Shown in pieces: positions 51,216-64,000 of a stretch of DNA of 64,000 nucleotides. Position 1 is the first letter of the stretch; the number at the start of each line of letters is the position of its first letter. The DNA is taken from assembly GCA_012295275.1 (NCBI GenBank), contig CM022675.1, forward strand, positions 372,001-436,000, given 5' to 3'. Position numbers and translations under genes: made by a program. This stretch comes from Chrysomallon squamiferum. Its lineage: Eukaryota; Animalia; Mollusca. Below the pieces are notes generated by a model. That model was not told where the DNA came from. It ran no database searches and worked only from the letters and a program-made list of their open reading frames with translations.

Positions 51216-52999
51216 GTTATTATTATTATTATAACAAACAATAAAATAAACACAACAGCATTATCATTAAACAAATGTAAATATAATTTATTTTTTAGCA
51301 AAACACTACTCCATCAAAAACGTAATTCCGTGTATTTGACTCCTTTAGTTTCCAGCAAACGAGTATTAAAAAGAAAGGAAAAAGGAGTTGTATAAAATAG
51401 CTTTCTTCGTGCATTTTTTATACTGTATGTATGTGTGTATGTAAATAATGGCAGAGGCCTATGTTAACTGAATAGTCCGGCTTACGCATGCGCAAGTTAT
51501 AGGGATCTAAAACTATATTTTTGTCTGATTATTCTAAATAATAAATAAAAAATAATGTAGTTTGTTACATTAATAATTACAACATCTGTTTATATAATAA
51601 ATAGTTAACTTAAGGCGAACGTGCTTCATATGTGCACAACACAGTAATCAAGTACCGCTTTGGTGGGTTGCTTTTTTCACATAATAAAGTACACAAGCGA
51701 AACAAGTCAGGCGTTACCTGAAAGATTAAGATTTATGTACAAAGTAAAGTAACGAGGTGGAAGAGCAACTTGGGATATTATCTATGCATAAATACAAAAG
51801 TTTTTGCTACATATGGATACAAGCTGTATTTCAAACCACGAGGTCAGACTGAGATGAGATTACACCACAATGCTAGAAGCACGCACATTAATTCGAGCTA
51901 TATTATCTCATATATTGTTTGTTTAGAAATAATATTTCAGATAAATAAATATAAGGCCTGCCTTTAGTTTAGTCCTTGATTGAAAGACAAACGTTTTGTC
52001 ATCGTGAAGTATTAATTATCTTGACAATTGTGTTTATTACAATAATATCCTGAACTCGTGCTATTGACACTGTGAGAAACTCAGTGGGTTTAGCGTTCTC
52101 CGTGACAGTTTAATATGCAGCATAAACAAGCCCGAGCACAAACATCACGAGTTTTGTGTCTGCAGCACAGTAGGTAGAGTGAGTCAAAGCATATTTCTGT
52201 TTATTTAGTGTCATCCTTTACCGTGTAGTGAAGTAAACTATGACATTGTTTGGTGAATGGAACATATCTGCTTTCACTGCCTTTTGACTCTTCAGTATAC
52301 AAATCTCTAACTTTCAGTATTCTTTCACAAATACCAAAACATAAAAACACACACACACACACAACACATACGCACGCACACACGCACACATACATATACA
52401 TAAAAATATATATTTATATATACACACCTAGACATACCTAAACATATACATTTATATATATTTGTGATATGAGTGTGTGTGTTATCGTGACATTGCATTT
52501 GTGTACAATACTAAGTATATTTATTTTTAGAAAAGAATATGATTATATTCATAAAAGTGTCTTCCTCTTGGGCTACCACTTTACAACTGACGTAGTTTAA
52601 GAAGACGTGCGTAAACTGGTTTCTTCCTGATCCGTGTACCAGTGAGCAGCACAGTGTTCCACTGACGAAATCTTTTGTACTGACGAAACTCCAGCGAGAT
52701 GAGAAATGCATTCAACACAAGCAGGACGTCCCATTTAAATGTTTCTTCATCGTCAGTCTCGCATAACTAATTCAAACAGACAGCTGTAACAAAATGAAAA
52801 CATTAATGCATTTCCAGAATCATGAAAACAAGTATAAAATGTCCTTTTTATTTTTCATAATGCTATAATATGTTTAAGATGTATTCAACTGTTTTTAGCT
52901 GCGTGAATCTCGACTTTCATGGAACGCTCTAACTCCTGTCACTTTGTATCTGTCAGAACTCCTCCAAAAACAAACTAGTGAATAATATTTATTAAATTA

Positions 53000-55055
53000 T
53001 ATCAGTGTATTCTATTTACTAAAATATACCAGTGTATAGCACTTACTAAAATATACCAGTGTATAATACTACCAAAATATACCAGTGTATAGTACTTACT
53101 AAAATATACCAGTGTATAGTACTTACTAAAATATACCAGTGTATAGTACTTACTAAAATATACTAGTGTATACTACTTACTAAAATATACCAGTGTATAG
53201 TACTTACTAAAATATACCAGTGTATAATATTTACCAAAATATACCAGTGTATAGTACTTACTAAAACATATCAGTGTATTGTACATACTAAAATATACCA
53301 GTGTATAGTACTTACTAAAATATACCAGTGTATAGTACTTACTAAAACATATCAGTGTATTGTACATACTAAAATATACCAGTGTATAGTACTTACTAAA
53401 ATATACCAGTGTATAGTACTTACTAAAATATACCAGTGTATAGGACCTACTAAAATATACCAGTGTATAGGACTTACTAAAATATACCAGTGTATAGTAC
53501 TTACTAAAATATACTAGTGTATACTACTTACTAAAATAAAACAGTGATTAGTACTTACTAAAACATATCAGTGTATTGTACATACTAAAATATACCAGTG
53601 TATTGTACATACTAAAATATATCAGTGTATAGTACTAACTAAAATATACCAGTGTATAGTACTTACTAAAATAAACCAGTGTATAGTACTTACTAAAATA
53701 TACTAGTGTATACTACTTACTAAAATATACCAGTGTACGGCATTTATTAAAATATATCAGTGTATAGTACACGCTAAAATATACCAGTGTATAGTACTTA
53801 CTAAAATAGATCAGTTTATACTACTTACTAAAATATACCACTGTATAGTACCTACTAAAATATACCAGTTTATACTAGTTACTAAAATATACCTGTGTAT
53901 ACTACTTACTAAAATATATCAGTGTGTAGTACTTACTAAAAGATACCAGTGTATAGTACTTACTAAAATAGATCAGTTTATACTACTTACTAAAATATAC
54001 CACTGTATAGTACTTACTAAAATATACCAGTGATTAGTACTTACTAAAATATAGCAATGATTAGTACTTACTAAAATAGATCAGTTTATACTACTTACTA
54101 AAATATACCCGTGTATAATACTTACTAAAATATACCTGTGTATACTACTTACTAAAATATATGTTTGTAGTACTTACTAAAATATTCCAGTGTATAGTAC
54201 TTACTAAAATATACCAGTTTATAGTACTTATTAAAATATATCAGTGTATAGTACTTACTAACATATACCACTGTATAGTACTTACTAAAATATACCACTG
54301 TATAGTAGTTACAAAAATATACCAGTGTATAGTACTTACTAAAATATACCAGTGTATAATTTTTACTTACTAAGATATACCAGTGTATAGTACTTACTAA
54401 AATATACCAGTGTATAATATTTACAAAATATACCAGTGTATAGTACTACAAAGATATACCAACGTATAATACATATTAAAACATATCAGTGTATTGTACA
54501 TACTAAAATATACCAGTGTATAGTACTTACTAAAATATACCAGTGTATAGGACTTACTAAAATATACCGGTGTATAGTACTTACTAAAATATACTAGTGT
54601 ATAGTACTTACTAAAATATACTAGTGTATACTACTTACTAAAATAAAACAGTGATCAGTACTTACTAAAATATATCAGTGTATTGTACATACTAAGATAT
54701 ATCAGTGTATACTGCTTACTAAAATATACCTGTGTATACTACTTACTAAAATATATCAGTGTATACTACTTACTAAAATATATCAGTGTATAGTACTAAC
54801 TAAAATATACCAGTGTATAGTACACGCTAAAATATATCAGTGTATATTACTTACTAAAATATATCAGTTTATACTACTTACTAAAATATACCACTGTATA
54901 GTACTTACTAAAATATACCAGTTTATAATACTAAAATATACCAGTGTATAGTACTTACTAAAATATATCAGTGTGTAGTACTTACTAAAATATTCCAGTG
55001 TATAGTACTTACTAAAATATACCAGTTTATAGTACTTATTAAAATATACTAGTGT
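53000..55055. repeat. 27-bp AT-rich satellite (TACTAAAATATACCAGTGTATAGTACT)n, ~75 units
   Basis: Period 27 read directly. Confidence 0.96.
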
Positions 55056-55115
55056 AAAATAAATACCATCAGTACAGAATTATCATAGAGGAGATAGACG
55101 TATACTTTATAATAA

Positions 55116-55152
<37 letters not shown>

Positions 55153-56136
55153 CATCATCATCATTATCAATATTATTATTATTACACACTGTATACCTAT
55201 CTAAATTGTTCTACAACTATTCTACATGTGTACAAAGTGAAATAATGAGACACACAGAAAGGACAAAAAGCGAATAAAACGAATCTGAGATTTTTACTGG
55301 GGATGGGATCAAGAAGCAGGTGAAACCAGTTTGCATAGTAACTGTATATGTGTATGTTTCATAATCATAATAATTGTATATGTGTATGTTTTATATCATA
55401 ACTGCACGAAGAAACACTTGACCTACTATTTAACAAAATGTTATTCCATATATTTCAATAAATATCCTGCTTTGTTCACGGTGTGTTGTTCTTTAGGCTA
55501 ATGAATACAGCATGCACGTACACACAGTAGACCAATGCACTGTTAGCGTTTTCTAATTTGTGAAGGACAACTATTCTACGGTAAAAGGTTATTTCGTAAC
55601 TCATTTAAAACATTTTTTAAATTCTTTTATTTTTTATTCTCGGCAGTTTCGTTTCAGTTTAGTGATCATTTTCTTGTCATGAACATGAATTACAAAGACG
55701 TAGTTACAAAGAAACCAAGTTGCTATTATTATCGAGTAATTTAGCATTTAATCACGTAACTAACACATTTTGATTTTAATCTGCAAAAAGTCTCTGGGCA
55801 CGGAGTAAACTGAGAAGCCTATGCATGTACCCGTTTCGCATAAATGGAAACTTAATACCTCTTTTATTATCTGCTAGTACGGCCAGTGAACAAAACTGAG
55901 TTACCTGCGAAAAGTCGCAGACGCCACAGAGTGAATCACAGAAAACACTCAGCTCAGTTTACTATTTAAAAAACAATTTCACCCTTTTTTTCAGCGCTTG
56001 TTCAGGAATTTCTAAAAGAAAGAAAAACGGATTTCAAGAAAATGTGAAGATTGTTTCTGGTTTCTTTTTTCCGAAATCATTATTCCCTTATTGTGAAGTG
56101 AGACTATATGTCACTTTACATATACTGGTGGTGAGT

Positions 56137-56307
56137 ATGGCACACACATTTAAGGGTCCTACTCTCTTTAACAAGGAATTTTTTACGGAAAGACGAAACA
56201 TGTTAATGGAAGAAATGTTTCCTAGTGATTTGACAGAGTTGGGGCATCTAACTGAGGAAACTGTGTTACGGGTGGTGAAAAAGAGATACGAAGAAGACAA
56301 AATATAC
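56137..56307 (+). CDS. CHS: Myosin-chitin synthase copy C exon 1
   Basis: 171 nt, paralog of 15858-16028 with conserved upstream region and gtaagt donor. Confidence 0.85.
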
Positions 56308-56484
56308 GTAAGTAATTTTACATTTAATTATACACGTATTTATACATACATCCACACATACTACATACATACATCATACATGCATTTGTACATCCATACA
56401 TAAATACGTACGAACGTACATATGTACATTTCATTCATACATTGATTCATACATCCATCCATAGATACATAAATATATACATAA

Positions 56485-56940
56485 TTGCTTTGAGTTGCGA
56501 GCCAGTATCCGAGTTACAAGCGAGTTTCAGAAAAAAACATGAGCGAGGTGTGCGTGTAATCGACTTGGCTAGGCAGTACAAACCTCGTACTTCTACGATA
56601 TGTACCATACTGACGCAGAAGCAGTCGATAAAGGCTGTAACTCCAGCCAAAGGTTTTAAAATAATTTGTCTGATCTCCTACATAAATACACTTTACAAAA
56701 ACAATTATTACATTATTTTTATTTAAAAACACGTTACAAAATGGGTTGGTTTTTCGGGTGCCGGAACGGATTAATGGTATTTCAATTCATTACAGTTGAG
56801 AAAATTGATTTGATATACGAGCAAATTGATTTACGGGCTCGGTTACGTAACGCATTAAACTCGTAAGTCTGAAGCTCGCTCGTAACACGGATTTTGGCTA
56901 GCAACGCAAAGCAAAAATTCGACCAGACGAGGTAGCACTG
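56485..56940 (+). mobile_element. Tigger/pogo relic in intron 1 of copy C
   Basis: RKKHERGVRVIDLARQYKPRTSTICTILTQKQSIKAVTPAKG; TIR-like GAGGTAGCACTG end. Confidence 0.8.
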
Positions 56941-57392
56941 TATATATATTACAGACATTACAGATCGTAAATCTCCATCTTCTTATACAGCGAACTCATT
57001 TCTTTTTCACCCACTCCCTAGGCATGCATTGACAGGGAAGACTTCCTAGATGTCTTCTATTGGCTTGGAAACATTGTTTACTCACCCAGTGTTTAGTTAC
57101 AATCGGCTGGCCTGGCCCATAGTCAGTCAGTGGAGTGTAACCTCACCTATATACCGTGTACACGATTCTAAAAGAAAAACTATTTACATCACAGCGAAAA
57201 ATAAAATCTTCAAATTGTGTATAATTTTTAACAATCCTGTGACATATGAATACCGATAGTTTATATTATTATTTAATTAATTAATTTGTATTATTATTGT
57301 TATTGTTATTATTATTATCATCATCATCATCATCATCATCATTATTATTATAATTATTATTAGAAATATTATTACTATTACTATTATTATTA

Positions 57393-57432
<40 letters not shown>

Positions 57433-57478
57433 GATTATTATTATAACTATTACTATTATTATTTTATTATTATTGTTA

Positions 57479-57539
<61 letters not shown>

Positions 57540-57542
<3 letters not shown>

Positions 57543-58443
57543 CACGATGACTAGTCTGAGTAGTATTAATAACTAAAATTTGGATCGTTCCGTCTAAAGG
57601 GTAGTAGATTATAATGAATTCACGTGACAGATTAAACTACTAAATGACTATTCTGTATCCACTACAAAACAATAACACAAACAAGAATTCAATAACGATA
57701 ATTTTGTATATACATTACATAAAATTAACCCTTAAGGGTAACATGTAGTTAAATCGTACGATTCGAACGATACAATTTAAAAGCAACTAGCCTTGAGAGA
57801 GAATACTAAACTTATTAAGACCAGCTGTTTACTTGGTCTTTCTAACTAATCTTTTAATTATTAACATACGTTATTTTAGTTTTCAAACGTAAGTACGTAC
57901 CACAGAATAACACAATACAAATCCAATAGTAATAGATTTAGATATCTTCAATCACTCAACATGTATGTTACATACAAAAAAGCATTAAAACATAATTTCC
58001 ACTGCCTGAGTGGTCCTCAGACAACGTGTCTCAAGAAGGGCACAGATCAAAGCGATCTCGTTGAAAACGCTCGTCGAATACTAATATAACGATCTCGTTG
58101 AAAATGCGTGCGGACTACTTATACAACCATCGCGCGGACGTTCAGTAAACACCTCTGCAGACAGCTTTCTGAATTTACTTTGCAACTTTAATGCCGAGTT
58201 TGAGTTTGTTAATCCCAGTTTTTCTTAGTTTATAAAATCACGGAACTTCCCCTAATTATATAATACACCTTCTGAATAGCCCATGTACGTCAACGTCCCC
58301 TCTGCTATATAGTGTTTGTGTATTTAACCACATTTTCTGACATTAATTAGGTAAACATCTAAGAACTGTAAAGATATATATTATAAACACGATTATACAC
58401 GACAGCTAAACAAAATAATTATATACTTAAGATGTAGCAGACA
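57540..58443 (-). mobile_element. LTR sequence of the same Gmr1-like family, truncated by the gap
   Basis: 57800-58443 matches 19590-20240 and 20950-21450; left boundary uncertain. Confidence 0.65.
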
Positions 58444-58643
58444 NNNNNNNNNNNNNNNNNNNNNNNNNNNNNNNNNNNNNNNNNNNNNNNNNNNNNNNNN
58501 NNNNNNNNNNNNNNNNNNNNNNNNNNNNNNNNNNNNNNNNNNNNNNNNNNNNNNNNNNNNNNNNNNNNNNNNNNNNNNNNNNNNNNNNNNNNNNNNNNNN
58601 NNNNNNNNNNNNNNNNNNNNNNNNNNNNNNNNNNNNNNNNNNN
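58444..58643. other. Assembly gap (200 N)
   Basis: N run. Confidence 0.98.
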
Positions 58644-61600
58644 GATATCTCAGAACTTCAGTCATACTAATTTAAAGATATTTCAGACTTCAGTAATACT
58701 AAATTGCAGCTATCTCACACTTCAGTAACACTAAAGTACAGATATCTCGGACTTCAATAATGCTAAAAGTACGGGTATCCTCAGACATCGGTGATACTAA
58801 AGTACAGATATCTCAGATTTCAGTAAGATTAAAGTGCAAGATATCTCAGACTTCATTAATTCTAAAGTACAAGGTATCTCAGACTTAAGTAAAAACTAAA
58901 GTACAGATATCTCAGACTTGAGTAGCATTAAAAGTACAGATATCTCAGACTTCATTAATACTAAATTACAATATCTCGGACTGGAAGTACTAAAGTACAG
59001 ACATCTCAGAGTTCATTTTATACCTAAGTATGAATATCTCAAACTTCAATAAAGACTAAAGTAGAGTTGACTCAGACTGCAGTAGACTAAAGTACACATA
59101 TCTCAGACTTCAGTAACACTAAAGTACAAATATCTCAGACTTCAGTAATACTAAATTACCGATGACTCAGACTTCATAATACTAAAAGGCAGATCTCAGA
59201 CATCAGTAACACTAAACTACAGCTATCTCAGACTTCAGTAATACTAAAAGTACAGATACCTCGGAACTTCCAGTAATTCTAAATTACAGCTATCTCGGAC
59301 TTCAGTAACACTAAAATTACGGCTGCCATCGGAGAAAGACTTGAGAAAGACTAAAAGTACAGATATTTCAGACTTCAGAAACACTTCTGAGTACAGATAT
59401 CTCAGACTTTCAGTAACATTAAAGTACTATTATTTTGAACGTCAGTAATACAAAGTACTGGCTATCTCGGACTTCAGTAATGCTAAAGTACAGGAATGTC
59501 TCGACTTCTGTTAATAGTAAGGAGTACAGATATCTCAGACTTCAATTAATACTAAATTTAAAGGTATTTCAGACTTCAGTAATACTAAAGTACAGGTATC
59601 TCAGACTACATTACTACAAAAGTATAGATATCAATAATACTAAAGTACAGGTATCTCAGACTTCAGGAAGACTAAAGTGCAGATATCTCAGACTTCATTA
59701 ATACTAAATTACAAAAGAATCTCAGACTTCAAATACTAAAGTACAGACACGTCTCAGAGTTCATTTATACTAAGTATAGATATCTCAGACTTCAGTAAAG
59801 ACTAAAAGTAGATTTGACTCAGATTTCAGTAAGGTTAAAGTACAGATATCTCAGGTTCGGTAACACTAAAAGTATGGAAATATCTCAGACTTGAGTAATA
59901 GTAAAATTGCCAACTCAAGACTTCAGTGTACTAAGAGCAGATCTCTCAGACATCCATTAGCACTAAAGCTACACCTATCATGAGACTTCAGTAATGCTAA
60001 GTACAGATATCTCCAGACTTCAGTAATTCTAAATTACATCTGTCTCCAGACTTGAGTAACACTAAAAGTAGAATATTTCAGACTTCAGAAACACTGAAGT
60101 ACAGATATCCTGTCTTCAGTAATTCTAAAATTACAGCTATCTCAATATCTCAGACTTCAGTAACATTAAAAGACAGATAAAAGTAATATGGATATCTCAG
60201 ACTTCAGTAATACTAAAAGCTATCTCGGACTTCAGTTGTACTAGCACACAGGTATCTCAGATTTTAAAAGTATGAAGATAACTCAGACTTAAAGTACAGA
60301 TATCTCAGACTTCAGTAATACTAAAACACAGATATCTCAGACTTCATTCAAGTAACACTCAGAAAGTACAGCCATCTCAGAATTCAGTAATATTAAAGTA
60401 GAGATATCTCAGACTTCAGTAATACTAAAAAGTACAGCTATCTCAGACTTCAGTAACACTAAAAGTACAGATATTTCAGACTTCAGTAACACTAAACTAC
60501 AGCTATCTCAGACTTCACTAAGAATAAAGAACACGTATCTCAGACTAAAGTAACACTAAAGTACAGATATTTCAGACTTCAGTAATACTAAACTACAGAT
60601 ATCTCAGACTTCAGTAACACTAAAGTACACGTATCTCAGACTTCAGTAATAGTAAAGTGCAGGTATCCCAGACTTCAGTAAGACCAAAGTACAGCTATCT
60701 CAGATTTCAGTAACACTAAAGTACAGATATCTCAGACTTTACTAATACTAAAGTAATGATGACTCAGACTTCAGTAATACTAAAGAACAGATATCTCAGA
60801 ATTCAGTAACACTAAATTACCGCTATCTGAGACATCAGTGTTACTAAAAGTACAGCTATCTCACACTTCAGTAACATTAAAGTACAATTATTTCAGACTT
60901 CAGTAATACTAAAGTACAGACATCTCAGATTTCATTAATACTAAGTATAGATATCTCAGACTTCAGTCAGAGTAAAGTACAGATATCTCAGACTTCAGTA
61001 ATACTAATTTAAAGATATTTCAGACTTCAGTAATACTAAAGTACAGCTATCTCAGACTTCAGTAACACTAAAGTATAGATATCTCAGACTTCAATAATAC
61101 TAAAGTACAGGTATCTCAGACTTCAGTGATACTAAAGTACAGATATCTCAGATTTCAGTAAGATTAAAGTGCAGATATCTCAGACTTCAGTAATTCTAAA
61201 GTACAGCTATCTCAGACTTAAGTAACACTAAAGTACAGATATCTCAGACTTGAGTAACATTAAAGTACAGATATCTCAGACTTCATTAATACTAAAGTAC
61301 AGGTATCTCAGACTTCATTAATACTAAGTATAGATATCTCAGACTTCAGTCAGAGTAAAGTACAGATGTCTCAGATTTCTCTAACACTAAAGTACAGATA
61401 TCTCAGACTTCAGTAACACTAAAGTACAGATATCTCAGACTTCAGTAATACTAATTTAAAGATATTTCAGACTTCAGTAATACTAAAGTACAGCTATCTC
61501 AGACTTCAGTAACACTAAAGTATAGATATCTCAGACTTCAATAATACTAAAGTACAGTTATCTCAGACTTCAGAAATTCTAAAGTACAGACATCTCAGAG

Positions 61601-64000
61601 TTCATTAATACTAAGTATAGATATATCAGACATCAGTAAGACTGAAGTAGAGTTGACTCAGACTGCAGTAAGACTAAAGTACACATATCTCAGACTTCGG
61701 TAACACTAAAGTACAAATATCTCAGACTTCAGTAATACTAAAGTACCGATGACTCAGACTTCAGTAATACTAAAGAGCAGATCTCTCAGACATCAGTAAC
61801 ACTAAACTACAGCTATCTCAGACTTCAGTAATACTAAAGTACAGATATCTCAGACTTCAGTAATTCTAAATTACAGCTATCTCAGACTTCAGTAACACTA
61901 AAGTACAGCTGTATCAGACTTGAGTAAGACTAAAGTACAGATATTTCAGACTTCAGAAACACTGAAGTACAGATATCTCAGACTTCAGTAACATTAAAGT
62001 ACAATTATTTCAGACTTCAGTAATACTAAAGTACAGCTATCTCAGACTTCAGTAATACTAAAGTACAGGTATCTCAGACTTCAGTAATAGTAAAGTACAG
62101 ATATCTCAGACTTCAGTAATACTAATTTAAAGATATTTCAGACTTCAGTAATACTAAAGTACAGCTAACTCAGACTTCAGTAACACTAAAGTACAGGTAT
62201 CTCAGACTACATTACTACAAAAGTATAGATATCAATAATACTAAAGTACAGGTATCTCAGACTTCAGTAAGACTAAAGTGCAGATATCTCAGACTTCATT
62301 AATACTAAAGTACAAGTATCTCAGACTTCAGAAATACTAAAGTACAGACATCTCAGAGTTCATTTATACTAAGTATAGATATCTCAGACTTCAGTAAGAC
62401 TAAAGTAGAGTTGACTCAGATTTCAGTAGCACTAAACTACACCTATCGCAGACTTCAGTAATACTAAAGTACAGATATCTCAGACTTCAGTAATTCTAAA
62501 TTACATCTATCTCAGACTTGAGTAACACTAAAGTACAGCTATATCAGACTTGAGTAAGACTAAAGTACAGATATTTCAGACTTCAGAAACACTGAAGTAC
62601 AGATGTCTCCTCTCTTCAGTAATACTAAAGTACAGCTATATCAGACTTCAGTAATTCTAAATTACAGCTATCTCAGACTTCAGTAATATTAAAGTACAGA
62701 TATCTCAGACTTCAGTAATACTAAAGTACAGCTATGTCAGACATCAGTAACACTAAAGTACAGGTATGTCAGACTTCAGTAATACTAAAGTACAGCTATC
62801 TCAGATTTAAGTAACACTAAACTACAGATATCTCAGACTTCAGTAATACTAAAGTGCAGCTATCTCAGACTTCAGTAACACTAAAGTACAGGTATCTCAA
62901 ACTACATTAATACGAAAGTATAGATAACTCAGACTTCAGTAGCACTAAAGTACAGGTATCTCAGACTACATTAATACGAAAGTATAGATATCTCAGACTT
63001 CAGTAGCACTAAAGTACAGGTATCTCAGACTACATTAATACGAAAGTATAGATATCTCAGACTTCATTAATACTAAAGTACAGGTATCTCAGACTTCAGA
63101 AATACTAAAGTAAAGACATCTCAGAATTCATTAATACTAAGTATAGATATCTCAGACTTCAGTAAGACTAAAGTAGAGATGACTCAGACTTCAGTAACAC
63201 TAAAGTACAGATATCTCAGATTTCATTAAGGTTAAAGTACAGATATATCAGAATTCATTAATACTAAAGTACATGTATCTCAGACTTTAGTAATACTAAA
63301 CTACAGACATCTTAGATTTCATTAATACTAAGTATAGATATCTCAGACTTCAGTAAGAGTAAAGTACAGATGTCTCAGACTTCAGTAATAATAATTTAAA
63401 GATATTTCAGACTTCAGTAATACTAAAGTACAGCTATCTCAGACTTCAGTAACACTAAACTACAGGTATTTCAGACTACATTACTACTAAAGTATAGATA
63501 TCTCAGACTTCAATAATACTAAAGTACAGGTATCTCAGACTTCAGAAATACTAAAGTACAGATATCTCAGATTTCAGTAAGACTAAAGTGCAGATATCTC
63601 AGACTTCAGTAATTCTAAAGTACAGCTATCTCAGACTTAAGTAACACTAAAGTACAGATATCTCAGACTTGAGTAACATTAAAGTACAGATATCTCAGAC
63701 TTCATTAATACTAAAGTACAGGTATCTCAGACTTCAGAAATACTAAAGTACAGACATCTCAGAGTTCATTTATACTAAGTATAGATATCTCAGACTTCAG
63801 TAAGACTAAAGTAGAGTTGACTCAGGTTTCAGTAAGGTTAAAGTACAGATATCTCAGACTTCGGTAACACTAAAGTACAAATATCTCAGACTTGAGTAAT
63901 ACTAAAGTACCGATGACTCAGACTTCAGTAATACTAAAGAGCAGATCTCTCAGACATCAGTAGCACTGAACTACAGGTATCTCAGACTTCAGTAACACTA
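58644..64000. repeat. 32-bp satellite (CTCAGACTTCAGTAATACTAAAGTACAGATAT)n, >160 units, runs off window
   Basis: Period 32 read directly; indel-noisy up to ~60400; recurring variant blocks. Confidence 0.97.

Noticed and set aside
53000-64000. 27-bp and 32-bp repeats as CRISPR arrays
   Set aside because: Head-to-tail units without unique spacers, eukaryotic context, no cas genes.

Overview
Eukaryotic, AT-rich, microsatellite-dense genomic DNA from a lophotrochozoan, probably a mollusc (18S signature and myosin-chitin synthase fusion). The window holds a tandem array, period about 38-40 kb, of myosin-motor/chitin-synthase fusion genes on the + strand. Copy A is represented by its last exon (1-1530). 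Copy B is nearly complete (15858-39108, 27 visible exons, interrupted by a 200-N gap); its 22 post-gap exons splice into one open frame with intact GT2 motifs, while the P-loop and switch-I exons next to the gap are disrupted. Copy C is represented by exon 1 (56137-56307). The spacers are mosaics: two large purine-rich 20-bp satellite arrays sharing a leader, an orphan 5'ETS+18S rDNA pseudogene, Tigger/pogo relics, a duplicated Gmr1-like (integrase-before-RT) LTR retroelement, a 4x cassette with a RAB5IF-like fragment, an inverted doubly deleted chitin-synthase mini-copy, an orphan EF-hand exon not in the ORF track, and 27-bp and 32-bp satellites. The giant minus-strand ORFs are satellite artefacts. 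All family assignments come from motif recall; no searches were run.
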